From Delftia acidovorans NBRC 14950 (GTDB lineage Bacteria > Pseudomonadota > Gammaproteobacteria > Burkholderiales > Burkholderiaceae_C), in NCBI RefSeq assembly GCF_001598795.1, contig NZ_BCZP01000013.1, positions 1 to 32,000 of the forward strand: DNA of 32,000 nt, given 5' to 3'. The notes under the pieces are model-generated. The model ran no database searches, was not told the origin of the DNA, and saw only the letters and a list, made by a program, of their open reading frames with translations. The position numbers were made by a program, and so were the translations under genes. How positions within the stretch are numbered: the stretch's first letter is position 1; the number at the start of each line of letters is the position of its first letter. Positions 1 to 7,189 of the stretch are shown piece by piece.

Positions 1-1464
1 TGCGCCGCTCATGCCGTTGCAGGTGGTGCAGGCAAAGGCGACGATGCCAAAGCCCAGCTGCTCCAACTCGCTGAGCAGCCCGGCTTCCTTCAGATACAGC
101 TCAACGGCCTTGGAGCCCGGCGCCAGCGAGGATTTGACCCAGGGCTTGCGCGTGAGACCCAGGCGATTGGCATTGCGCGCCAGCAAGGCGGCGGCGATGA
201 CATTGCGCGGGTTGCTGGTGTTGGTGCAGCTGGTGATGGCGGCAATGATGACGGCCCCATCGGGCATCAGGCCCTGGCTCTCCTGGGCGCGGGCGGCCTG
301 CAGTTTTGCCGCATCGGCAATGCCGCGCTCGGCCAGGGCAGAGGTGGGCAGGCGCCGGTGCGGATTCGAGGGGCCGGCCATGTTGCGCACCACGGTGGAC
401 AGGTCGAACTGCAGCAGGCGCTCGTACTGGGCATCGGCCAGGCTGTCGCTCCAAAAGCCTGCGGTGCGCGCATAGGCCTCGACCAGGCGCACCTGGGCCT
501 CGTCGCGGCCGGTCAGGCGCAGGTAGGCCAGGGTCTGGTCATCAATGGAGAACATGGCCGCCGTGGCGCCGTACTCGGGGCACATGTTGGAGATGGTGGC
601 GCGGTCGCCGATGCTCAGGCTGTCGGCGCCCTCGCCAAAGAATTCCACATAGGCGCCGACGACTTTTTGCTGGCGCAGGAATTCGGTCAGGGCCAGCACG
701 ATGTCGGTGGCGGTGATGCCGCCCTGGCGCCGGCCCGTGAGGCGCACGCCCACGATCTCGGGCAGGCGCATCCAGCAGGCGCGGCCCAGCATGACGTTCT
801 CGGCCTCCAGGCCGCCCACGCCCACGGCGATCACGCCCAGGGCATCCACATGGGGCGTGTGACTGTCCGTGCCCACGCAGGTATCGGGGAAGGCAAGGCC
901 ATCCTGCACGGTCACCACGGGGGACATTTTTTCCAGATTGATCTGGTGCATGATCCCGTTCCCCGCGGGGATCACATCCACGTTGGCGAAGGCCTTCTTC
1001 GTCCACTCGATGAAGTGGAAGCGGTCCTCGTTGCGGCGGTCCTCGATGGCGCGGTTCTTCGCAAAGGCATCGGGATCGAAGCCGCCGCACTCCACGGCCA
1101 GAGAGTGGTCCACGATGAGCTGCACGGGAACGACGGGATTGACCTGGGCGGGGTCGCCGCCTTCGGCCGCGATGGCGTCGCGCAGACCGGCCAGGTCCAC
1201 CAGGGCGGTCTGGCCCAGGATGTCGTGGCAGACCACGCGCACGGGGTACCAGGGAAAGTCGATGTCGCGCAGGCGGTGGATCAGCTGCAGCAGGTAGCCG
1301 TCCAACTGCGCGGGATCGGCGCGGCGCACGAGGTTCTCGGCGTGGACGCGGGCGGTGTAGGGCAGGCGTGCCCAGGCGCCGGGCGAGAGGGCATCGACGG
1401 CGGCGCGGGCGTCGATGTAGTGCAGCGTGGTGCCGGGCAGGGGTTTCTTGTGGGTGTGGTTCAT
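1..1464 (-). CDS. acnD: Fe/S-dependent 2-methylcitrate dehydratase / aconitate hydratase AcnD, N-terminal 488 codons (3' end off the left edge)
   Basis: Absent from the ORF track because it has no stop in the window. The reverse complement from 1464 reads ATG AAC CAC ACC CAC AAG AAA CCC CTG CCC GGC ACC ACG CTG CAC TAC ATC GAC = MNHTHKKPLPGTTLHYID, an AcnD-type N-terminus. In the same frame, around 885-841, it reads DTCVGTDSHTPHVDA (aconitase signature). At the left edge it reads GFGIVAFACTTCNGMSG (Fe-S Cys motif region). No track ORF occupies this frame, which fits a frame open to position 1. It lies directly downstream of prpC. Confidence 0.9.
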   Translation of the reverse strand, partial: MNHTHKKPLPGTTLHYIDARAAVDALSPGAWARLPYTARVHAENLVRRADPAQLDGYLLQLIHRLRDIDFPWYPVRVVCHDILGQTALVDLAGLRDAIAAEGGDPAQVNPVVPVQLIVDHSLAVECGGFDPDAFAKNRAIEDRRNEDRFHFIEWTKKAFANVDVIPAGNGIMHQINLEKMSPVVTVQDGLAFPDTCVGTDSHTPHVDALGVIAVGVGGLEAENVMLGRACWMRLPEIVGVRLTGRRQGGITATDIVLALTEFLRQQKVVGAYVEFFGEGADSLSIGDRATISNMCPEYGATAAMFSIDDQTLAYLRLTGRDEAQVRLVEAYARTAGFWSDSLADAQYERLLQFDLSTVVRNMAGPSNPHRRLPTSALAERGIADAAKLQAARAQESQGLMPDGAVIIAAITSCTNTSNPRNVIAAALLARNANRLGLTRKPWVKSSLAPGSKAVELYLKEAGLLSELEQLGFGIVAFACTTCNGMSGA

Positions 1465-1478
1465 GGGGCGGATGCAAT

Positions 1479-1503
1479 GCGGGCGGGCCTGCAGCCCGCC
1501 CGC
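1479..1503 (-). other. Intercistronic GC-rich stem-loop between prpC and acnD
   Basis: GCGGGCGGGC (1479-1488) and GCCCGCCCGC (1494-1503) are perfect reverse complements (10 bp) around a 5-nt loop. No T-tract follows on the minus strand, so this is not a classic intrinsic terminator. Confidence 0.45.
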
Positions 1504-1525
1504 CTAGGTTCAGGACAGCGGCGGC

Positions 1526-2713
1526 TCAGGCGCGCGCATCGAGGGGCACGAACTTCTGGTCATCCGGCCCCGTGTAGTTGGCGCTGGGGCGGATGATCTT
1601 GTTGTCCTGGCGCTGCTCGATCACGTGCGCTGCCCAGCCGCTGGTGCGCGCGATCACGAACAGCGGCGTGAACATGGCCGTGGGCACGCCCATCATGTGG
1701 TAGCTGACGGCGCTGAACCAGTCCAGGTTGGGGAACATTTTCTTGACCTCCCACATCACCGATTCCAGCCGGTCGGCAATGTCGTACATGCGGGTGGTTC
1801 CGGCCTCGTCGGACAGGCGCTTGGCCACGCCCTTGATGACCACGTTGCGCGGGTCGCTGACGGTGTAGACCGGGTGGCCGAAGCCGATCACCACTTCCTT
1901 GGCATCGACGCGGCGGCGGATGTCGGCCTCGGCCTCGTCGGGCGTGTCGTAGCGCTTCTGGATCTCGAAGGCCACCTCGTTGGCGCCGCCATGCTTGGGG
2001 CCGCGCAGTGCGCCGATGGCGCCCGCGATGGACGAATACATATCGCTGCCCGTGCCCGCGATCACACGCGCCGTGAAGGTGGAGGCGTTGAACTCATGCT
2101 CTGCATAGAGGTTGAGCGAGGTGTGCATGGCGCGCACCCAGCCTTCGGACGGCCGGTGGCCGTGCAGCAGGTGCAGGAAGTGGCCGCCGATGGAGTCGTC
2201 ATCGGTCTCCACCTCGATGCGCCGGCCCGAATTGCTCCAGTGGTACCAGTACAGCAGCATGGAGCCCAGGCTGGCCATGAGCCGGTCGGCAATGTCGCGG
2301 GCACCCGCCAGGTTGTGGTCGTCCTTTTCGGGCAGCACGCAGCCCAGGGCCGAGACGCCGGTGCGCATCACGTCCATCGGATGGGCGCCGGCAGGCAGCT
2401 GCTCCAGCGCCTGCCTGACACTGGCCGGCAGGCCGCGCAGCGCCTGCAATTTGGTCTTGTAGGCCTGCAGTTCGGGGCGCGTGGGCAGCTTGCCGTGCAC
2501 CAGCAGATGGGCGATTTCCTCGAACTCGCAGACCTCGGCAATGTCCAGGATGTCGTAGCCGCGATAGTGCAGGTCGTTGCCCGAGCGGCCCACGGTGCAC
2601 AGCGCCGTGTTGCCGGCGGTCACGCCCGACAGCGCGACGGATTTCTTGGGCTTGAATGCGGACGCAGATGGTGCACTTGGCGCAGATGGCGCGTCGATGG
2701 TCGTGGTACTCAT
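1526..2713 (-). CDS. prpC: 2-methylcitrate synthase (citrate synthase family)
   Basis: 395 aa ORF. Citrate-synthase family motifs include [25 protein letters not shown] and [14 protein letters not shown]. It sits upstream of acnD. Its ATG (2713) overlaps the stop of the upstream thioesterase gene as ATGA. Confidence 0.93.
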   Translation of the reverse strand: MSTTTIDAPSAPSAPSASAFKPKKSVALSGVTAGNTALCTVGRSGNDLHYRGYDILDIAEVCEFEEIAHLLVHGKLPTRPELQAYKTKLQALRGLPASVRQALEQLPAGAHPMDVMRTGVSALGCVLPEKDDHNLAGARDIADRLMASLGSMLLYWYHWSNSGRRIEVETDDDSIGGHFLHLLHGHRPSEGWVRAMHTSLNLYAEHEFNASTFTARVIAGTGSDMYSSIAGAIGALRGPKHGGANEVAFEIQKRYDTPDEAEADIRRRVDAKEVVIGFGHPVYTVSDPRNVVIKGVAKRLSDEAGTTRMYDIADRLESVMWEVKKMFPNLDWFSAVSYHMMGVPTAMFTPLFVIARTSGWAAHVIEQRQDNKIIRPSANYTGPDDQKFVPLDARA

Positions 2714-3108
2714 GGAAGGGTCTCCTGGTTCAGATAGGAATGGGCAATGGCGGCGGGAAGGCCGTTGTGATCGACAGCCACCATCTCGAACAGGCCCTTG
2801 AGCACCTGCTCGCAGGCAATGCCCGGTGCCTGGGCCGACGCGGTGACGCAGACCGTCATGGAGCTGCGCCCCACGCGGCTGACCCAGCCGCGCAGGACGA
2901 TCTCGTGGCCCACGGGCACGGGCGCCAGGAAGTCGATGCCGGTGACGGCTGCCATCACCACCTCGCGCTGCGCCAGGCTGCGCGCTGCCAGAAAGGCGGC
3001 CTTGGCCATGAGCTGCAGGCCCTGGCCTGCGAACAGCGTGCCGTGGTGGTTGGCCAGCGCGGGCAATACCAGTTCGCGCAGCTCGGCGGTTCCAGCAGGT
3101 GTTGTCAT
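2710..3108 (-). CDS. Hotdog-fold acyl-CoA thioesterase
   Basis: The ORF reads ...[31 protein letters not shown]...[21 protein letters not shown]..., typical of YciA/acyl-CoA hydrolase hotdog proteins. The track start at 3126 is a TTG, so I prefer the ATG at 3108 (MTTPAGT). Its stop overlaps the prpC start. Confidence 0.72.
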   Translation of the reverse strand: MTTPAGTAELRELVLPALANHHGTLFAGQGLQLMAKAAFLAARSLAQREVVMAAVTGIDFLAPVPVGHEIVLRGWVSRVGRSSMTVCVTASAQAPGIACEQVLKGLFEMVAVDHNGLPAAIAHSYLNQETLP

Positions 3109-3155
3109 GCTTCGCAATCTACGCAAAATAGCGGCTCAGCCATAGGGCTGAAAAG

Positions 3156-3201
3156 GCGAATTCTTGCGAAACGAAACCCGCGATATTGCGAATTCTGCGA
3201 A
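3156..3201. promoter_or_regulatory. Repeated GCGAA / TTGCGAA elements in the divergent prp control region (candidate operator for the adjacent regulator)
   Basis: GCGAATTCTTGCGAA (3156-3170) and GCGAATTCTGCGAA (3188-3201) are near-identical direct repeats. TTGCGAA occurs at 3164-3170 and 3186-3192. The inverted form TTCGCAA occurs at 3111-3117. Confidence 0.4.
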
Positions 3202-3225
3202 TAACAGCCACCCGAGGAAACAGGC

Positions 3226-4638
3226 ATGAAGAAGACATTCATGGGCGTCAAGCTGCGCAAACTGCGCGCGGAGCACGGCCTGTCCCAGATCGCCCTGGCC
3301 CACGCGCTGGGCCTGTCGCCCAGCTACCTGAACCAGCTGGAGCAGAACCAGCGGCCGCTGACGGTGTCGGTGCTGCTCAAGCTCAACCGCGCGCTGGGCG
3401 TCGATATCCAGCAGTTCTCGGAGGACGAGGAAGCGCGCCTGGTCGCCGGCCTGCGCGAGGCCCTTGCCGAGGCGCCCGAATCCATTGCCCTGCCCGAGCT
3501 GCAGGAAGTCGCCGCGCAGATGCCCGCCCTGGGGCGTGCGGTGATGGCGCTGCACCGCCGCCATCTGGAAGCCCTGGAGCGCATCGAGAGCATGTCGCTC
3601 AGGCTGGGCGATGACCGCTCGGACATGCCGGTGGCGCGCACCATGCCGTTCGAGGCCGTGCGCGATTTCTTCTTTGCGCACCAGAACTACTTCGATGAAG
3701 TGGACCGCGCGGCCCAGGCCCTGGCCGGCGAGGCGCGCGCGGACCCGGGCCATCTGGCGGACTGGCTGGTCCGGCGGCTGCAGCAGCGCCACGGCGTGCA
3801 GGTGCATCGCTCGGAAGACTCCCGGCAAAGCCAGCGCCGCTTCGACCCGGCCACGCGCTCGCTGTGGCTGTCCTCGGCGCTGGAGCCTGCGCAGCAGGCC
3901 TTCCAGCTGGGCACGCAGCTGGCCTTGCTGGAGATGGGCGACACGCTGGACCGGCTGATCGCCACCGCCGCCTTCCAGGGCGATCCGGCGTCATGCAAGC
4001 TGGCCCGCGTGGGCCTGGCCAACTATTTTGCGGGCGCGCTGCTGCTGCCCTACGACCTGTTCCTGGAGGCGGCCGAGCAGCTGCGATACGACATCGACCT
4101 GCTGGGCCAGCGCTTTGGCGTGGGCTTTGAAACCGTCTGCCACCGCCTGAGCACGCTGCAGCGGCCGGGCGCACCCGGCGTGCCCTTCTTCTTTGTTCGC
4201 GTGGACCGCGCGGGCAATATCTCCAAGCGCCAGTCGGCCACGCATTTCCACTTCAGCCGCACGGGCGGCACCTGCCCGCTGTGGACGGTGTACGAGGCCT
4301 TCGGCCAGCCCGACCAGGTGCTGCGCCAGCTGGCCAGCATGCCCGATGGACGGCGCTACCTGTGGATTGCACGCTCGGTCTCGCACGGGCAGCGCGGCTA
4401 TGGTTCGCCGCGCAAGACCTTCTCCATCGGCCTGGGCTGCGACATACGCCATGCCGCGCGCCTGGTCTATGCCAAGGGGCTGGACCTGGGCGATCCGGAA
4501 TCGGCCACGCCCATCGGCATGGGCTGCAAGGTCTGCGAACGCGACCAGTGCACGCAGCGCGCCTTTCCCTATGTGGGAAAGGCGCTGCATGTGGATGAGA
4601 ACGCCAGCCGCTTTGCGCCCTATGGCGTAGGCGGCTGA
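3226..4638 (+). CDS. XRE-family HTH regulator with ImmA/IrrE-like (DUF955) and C-terminal Cys-rich domains; short-chain fatty acyl-CoA regulator (ScfR / RamB / actinobacterial PrpR type)
   Basis: 470 aa. The N-terminal HTH reads LRKLRAEHGLSQIALAHALGLSPSYLNQLEQNQRPLT. A central LANYFAGALLLPY motif is typical of the family. C-terminal cysteines are present (GGTCPLW, GLGCD, GCKVCERDQC). A GAGGAAACAGGC ATG ribosome-binding context precedes the start. The gene is divergent from the prp genes. Confidence 0.85.
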   Translation: MKKTFMGVKLRKLRAEHGLSQIALAHALGLSPSYLNQLEQNQRPLTVSVLLKLNRALGVDIQQFSEDEEARLVAGLREALAEAPESIALPELQEVAAQMPALGRAVMALHRRHLEALERIESMSLRLGDDRSDMPVARTMPFEAVRDFFFAHQNYFDEVDRAAQALAGEARADPGHLADWLVRRLQQRHGVQVHRSEDSRQSQRRFDPATRSLWLSSALEPAQQAFQLGTQLALLEMGDTLDRLIATAAFQGDPASCKLARVGLANYFAGALLLPYDLFLEAAEQLRYDIDLLGQRFGVGFETVCHRLSTLQRPGAPGVPFFFVRVDRAGNISKRQSATHFHFSRTGGTCPLWTVYEAFGQPDQVLRQLASMPDGRRYLWIARSVSHGQRGYGSPRKTFSIGLGCDIRHAARLVYAKGLDLGDPESATPIGMGCKVCERDQCTQRAFPYVGKALHVDENASRFAPYGVGG

Positions 4639-4649
4639 CGATGCTGTGG

Positions 4650-4666
4650 CCCGCGCGGTGCGCGGG
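4650..4666. terminator. Short GC hairpin between convergent genes (possible bidirectional terminator)
   Basis: CCCGCGC (4650-4656), GGT loop, GCGCGGG (4660-4666). There is no T-tract, so this is weak. Confidence 0.3.
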
Positions 4667-4674
4667 ATGCGCGG

Positions 4675-5640
4675 TCAGGCTGCGCTGCGGTAACGGTCGC
4701 GCAGGTCGCGCACTTCATCGTGGTTGCGCTGGGCACCCTGTGCCTGGCGCTCCACCACCACGCGCACGGCCGGTGGCAGCGGTTGCTTGAGCGCCTTGCG
4801 GTACTGGGCGAGGGCGGAGTCCTCGCCGCGCTCGCATTCCTCCAGCACCGCCTTGTCGTCCTGCGAGGTCAGGGCCGTCTTCACGGACACCCAGCCCCGG
4901 TGCAGCGCGCCGGCCACCGTGCCGCCCGATGCCGGCTCTCCGCCGAGCCTGCGGATTTCCGCTTCCAGCTCCCGCGCGGCAGCGCCGCACTCGGTGGAAT
5001 GGCGCATGAACAGGGCCTTGAGGTCGGGCGAGTCGGCGTTCTCGGAGGAGGTGCGAAAGCCGTACTCGCCATCGCGGCAGGATTCAAGCAGGTCGTTGAG
5101 CACGTCCACCACATCGTCGTTGTCGATATCGCCCGTATAGGCGGGGGCGACGATGGTGCCCGTCTCGTCACGGACATCACGGGTGCCTGCGCGCGCCCAG
5201 GCGGCGCGGGCTGCGGGACGGGCCTGGTCCCAGTCCAGATGGCTGGCGCCACGGCGCGTGGTCCATTCGCGCTCCCATTCAGCGTCGAAGGCATCGAAGT
5301 CGGCATCGCGGCGTGCGGCGGCAGCATTCCAGCCCAGCTCGTAGGCGGGGCGATATTCCTCGTAGCTGCGGCCAGCCACGTAATAGGGCTCGCTCTGGTA
5401 GGCATCGCGCCAGTAGGCATCTTCAACCGTGGGGTTCACGGCCTCGGCCGCACCCTTGCCGGCCAGCCCGCCGACCACGGCACCGGCCACGCCGCCCACG
5501 GCAGCGCCGATGGGGCCACCCATTGCGCCGAATGCAGCGCCGGTGACGGCGCCGCCTGCTGCGCCTATGCCGGTGCCCACCGGGTGCGCGCCGGGTGCGT
5601 CGGACAGCGGGTCACGGTTTGCGGGGTTCGATTGCGTCAT
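4675..5640 (-). CDS. Three-module stress-like protein: N-terminal glycine-zipper, W/Y-rich middle region, C-terminal PA2169-family (DUF2383) four-helix bundle
   Basis: The track ORF (to 5841) has an implausible Arg/Cys-rich leader. The internal ATG at 5640 (MTQSNPANRD) is preceded on the minus strand by AAGGAG. The Gly-zipper reads GTGIGAAGGAVTGAAFGAMGGPIGAAVGGVAGAVVGGLAGKG. The C-terminus reads LNDLLESCRDGEYGFRTSSEN...LHRGWVSVKTALTSQDDKAVLEECERGEDSALAQYRKAL...VERQAQGAQRNHDEVRDLR, which matches the PA2169/DUF2383 pattern. Confidence 0.85.
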   Translation of the reverse strand: MTQSNPANRDPLSDAPGAHPVGTGIGAAGGAVTGAAFGAMGGPIGAAVGGVAGAVVGGLAGKGAAEAVNPTVEDAYWRDAYQSEPYYVAGRSYEEYRPAYELGWNAAAARRDADFDAFDAEWEREWTTRRGASHLDWDQARPAARAAWARAGTRDVRDETGTIVAPAYTGDIDNDDVVDVLNDLLESCRDGEYGFRTSSENADSPDLKALFMRHSTECGAAARELEAEIRRLGGEPASGGTVAGALHRGWVSVKTALTSQDDKAVLEECERGEDSALAQYRKALKQPLPPAVRVVVERQAQGAQRNHDEVRDLRDRYRSAA

Positions 5641-5804
5641 GGAATGTGCTCCTTGGCAGTTGAAAGTGATTCCTATGCTGATGGCCGCGGCGGCCGTCCG
5701 GCGTGCGCGCTTGCGGCCATGTGCCGTAGGAACGCAGCGCCCTGCCCTTGCGGACATCGCGCCAGTCCCCTGTGGCCATTTTTCGCACCCCGGCACAGGG
5801 CAAA

Positions 5805-5826
5805 CACAGGGCAATCGACGTGCCTG
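5805..5826 (-). promoter_or_regulatory. Candidate sigma54 (-24/-12) promoter for the PA2169-family gene
   Basis: The minus strand reads CAGGCACGTCGATTGCCCTGTG, i.e. aGGCACG-N4-TTGCc against the consensus TGGCACG-N4-TTGCW. The 22-mer is 21/22 identical to 6712-6733. It lies ~165 nt upstream of the 5640 start. Confidence 0.5.
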
Positions 5827-5972
5827 CCGGCCCTCCCGCATCGGACTGCATCCGAGCGCATCGGCACGCTCCTACCTCCAGGAAAGTGCTGTGCCCACCC
5901 CCGCTGCAAGCCCGCGCAGGCAGGCTTGGTCCATGACCCGGCCACGGTGGCCGGACCCCCTTGGAGATCACC

Positions 5973-6323
5973 ATGCGCACCCCGAACAACACGGCTGCCA
6001 CCGGCAGCGACACTCCCCAGATCGACCGCAGCGAAGACGCCAGCGCCGACCTGCCCGAAGGCAAGGACATCAACGATCACCTGAGCGCGGAAAAGGATGT
6101 GGCCGATTCCATCGCCGAGGCCTCGGCGCACCGTTTCGACGACATGCCGCAGGACGGCCCGCTGAACTTCGACGACGGCACGGACATGGGCCACCCGCGC
6201 GGCAACACGCAGCGCGAAGGCGGCACCTGGCAGGCCGAGGGCGCGGACAGCGGCAGCCTCAGGCCGCCCGCCGAAATCCTGTCCGACCCCAACGGCCCCA
6301 GCGACCGCAAGAACGGGCGGTGA
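5973..6323 (+). CDS. Hypothetical acidic, low-complexity (likely disordered) protein
   Basis: The track ORF starts at a TTG (5961). The ATG at 5973 follows GGAG (5964-5967). G/C strongly dominates the third codon position throughout. There are no hydrophobic segments and the protein is Asp/Glu/Gly/Pro rich. It ends just before the hairpin at 6347-6368. Confidence 0.6.
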   Translation: MRTPNNTAATGSDTPQIDRSEDASADLPEGKDINDHLSAEKDVADSIAEASAHRFDDMPQDGPLNFDDGTDMGHPRGNTQREGGTWQAEGADSGSLRPPAEILSDPNGPSDRKNGR

Positions 6324-6346
6324 TGCGCCCTCGCACGCCATGAAAA

Positions 6347-6368
6347 AAGGGCACCCGAGGGTGCCCTT
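6347..6368. terminator. Intrinsic terminator between convergent genes (T-tract on the minus-strand side)
   Basis: AAGGGCACCC (6347-6356) and GGGTGCCCTT (6359-6368) are perfect complements. The minus-strand transcript would read stem-loop followed by TTTTTT (from the A-run at 6343-6348). The plus-strand side has only TTGTT. Confidence 0.7.
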
Positions 6369-6387
6369 GTTGCGAGGAAACGGCAAT

Positions 6388-6594
6388 TCATCCAGCGCCG
6401 CGGTCACCGCCTGGGCCGCCGCCCTTGTTCTGGCGCGTCTGGGCCTGGTTGCCGCTGCCGACATGGGCCTCGCGGTCATGGCGGCTTTCGGGCGTTCGCT
6501 GGCCTTCGTTCCTTTGCGTGGGCGGCTTCGCGCCCTGGCGGTTGTGATCGTTCTCCACCTTGCCCTTGCCGGGCTCCTGTCTGTCGCTGCTCAT
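6388..6594 (-). CDS. Small (68 aa) highly hydrophilic Gly/Gln/Arg-rich protein, stress-protein-like
   Basis: This is the C-terminal part of track ORF 6388..7254. The ATG at 6594 (MSSDRQEPGKGKVENDH...QNKGGGPGGDRGAG) is preceded on the minus strand by AAGGAG. The intrinsic terminator lies immediately downstream. Composition is loosely reminiscent of KGG-repeat/YciG-type stress proteins, a weak call from memory. Confidence 0.62.
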   Translation of the reverse strand: MSSDRQEPGKGKVENDHNRQGAKPPTQRNEGQRTPESRHDREAHVGSGNQAQTRQNKGGGPGGDRGAG

Positions 6595-6711
6595 ATCGCG
6601 CTCCTTGTCTAGGGTGCCGGGCCCCATCGCTGCAGGGCCGGGTTTCCAGTCTAGGCAGCGCGCAAGGCCCAGGCAGCGGGCCATGGGCGCCCGCCGGCGT
6701 GGGGCGTCTCC

Positions 6712-6733
6712 CACAGGGCAAACGACGTGCCTG
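6712..6733 (-). promoter_or_regulatory. Candidate sigma54 (-24/-12) promoter for the 68-aa hydrophilic protein gene
   Basis: The minus strand reads CAGGCACGTCGTTTGCCCTGTG, i.e. aGGCACG-N4-TTGCc. It is 21/22 identical to 5805-5826. It lies ~118 nt upstream of the 6594 start. Confidence 0.5.
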
Positions 6734-6865
6734 AGAACGGCGTTCATGCGCGAGGCATCTTTTCGTTCCTGCGCTTTCGGCGTGGTCCCACGGCGGCTGC
6801 GCACGGGCGAAGAGACCATGGCCCAAGCGCCGCCTGCGCAGGCCCGCGAATAAAAGGAAGACGCC

Positions 6866-7189
6866 ATGAAAGACAAAACCCCATCCGCATCCAAGTCCTC
6901 TGCACCCACACAGGCGAAGCCGTCGGGCGATGGCCAGACCAAGCTGCCCGGCCAGGTGGGCAAGGCGCCCCATGCGCCCGGTGAATCCGATGCAGCCGAC
7001 GCATCCGAACAAGGCCTGCGCCTTCCGCACGAGCGCGACCAGAGCCTGGACGCCACCAGCGATGCGCCCGATCCGGTGATGCGCCAGGCCCATGACGACA
7101 TTGTTTCCGGCCAGGTGGATACCGACATGCGGCAGACGCCGGGACTGGATGCCGAGCGGCGCAAGAAGATGGTGCGCAAGCAGCCTTGA
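6866..7189 (+). CDS. Hypothetical hydrophilic/disordered protein (107 aa)
   Basis: The ATG at 6866 is preceded by AAAAGGAAG. The protein has no hydrophobic segment and is rich in Lys/Pro/Asp/Ser. It contains ...GLRLPHERDQSLD.... It ends at TGA 7187-7189. Confidence 0.6.
   Translation: MKDKTPSASKSSAPTQAKPSGDGQTKLPGQVGKAPHAPGESDAADASEQGLRLPHERDQSLDATSDAPDPVMRQAHDDIVSGQVDTDMRQTPGLDAERRKKMVRKQP

Noticed and set aside
358-1596. 412-aa plus-strand ORF, and the 311-aa minus-strand ORF 542..1477, overlapping the acnD region
   Set aside because: Both are antisense or off-frame to a frame that encodes clear aconitase signatures (GTDSHTPHVDA, CTTCNG). Their translations are Gly/Ala/His or Arg/Pro-rich low-complexity strings typical of high-GC shadow ORFs.
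1625-2737. 370-aa plus-strand ORF
   Set aside because: It is antisense to prpC, which has unambiguous citrate-synthase motifs. The translation shows no recognisable family features.
4720-6084. 454-aa plus-strand ORF, and the 5429..6343 and 5673..6479 ORFs
   Set aside because: They are antisense or off-frame to the PA2169-family gene and the 5973..6323 gene. Composition is Ala/Gly/Arg/Pro-rich with no ribosome-binding site.
6340-6612. 90-aa plus-strand hydrophobic ORF
   Set aside because: It starts inside the terminator hairpin and is antisense to the 68-aa gene, which has an RBS and a terminator. The apparent TM character is the mirror of a Gly/Arg/Gln-rich gene.
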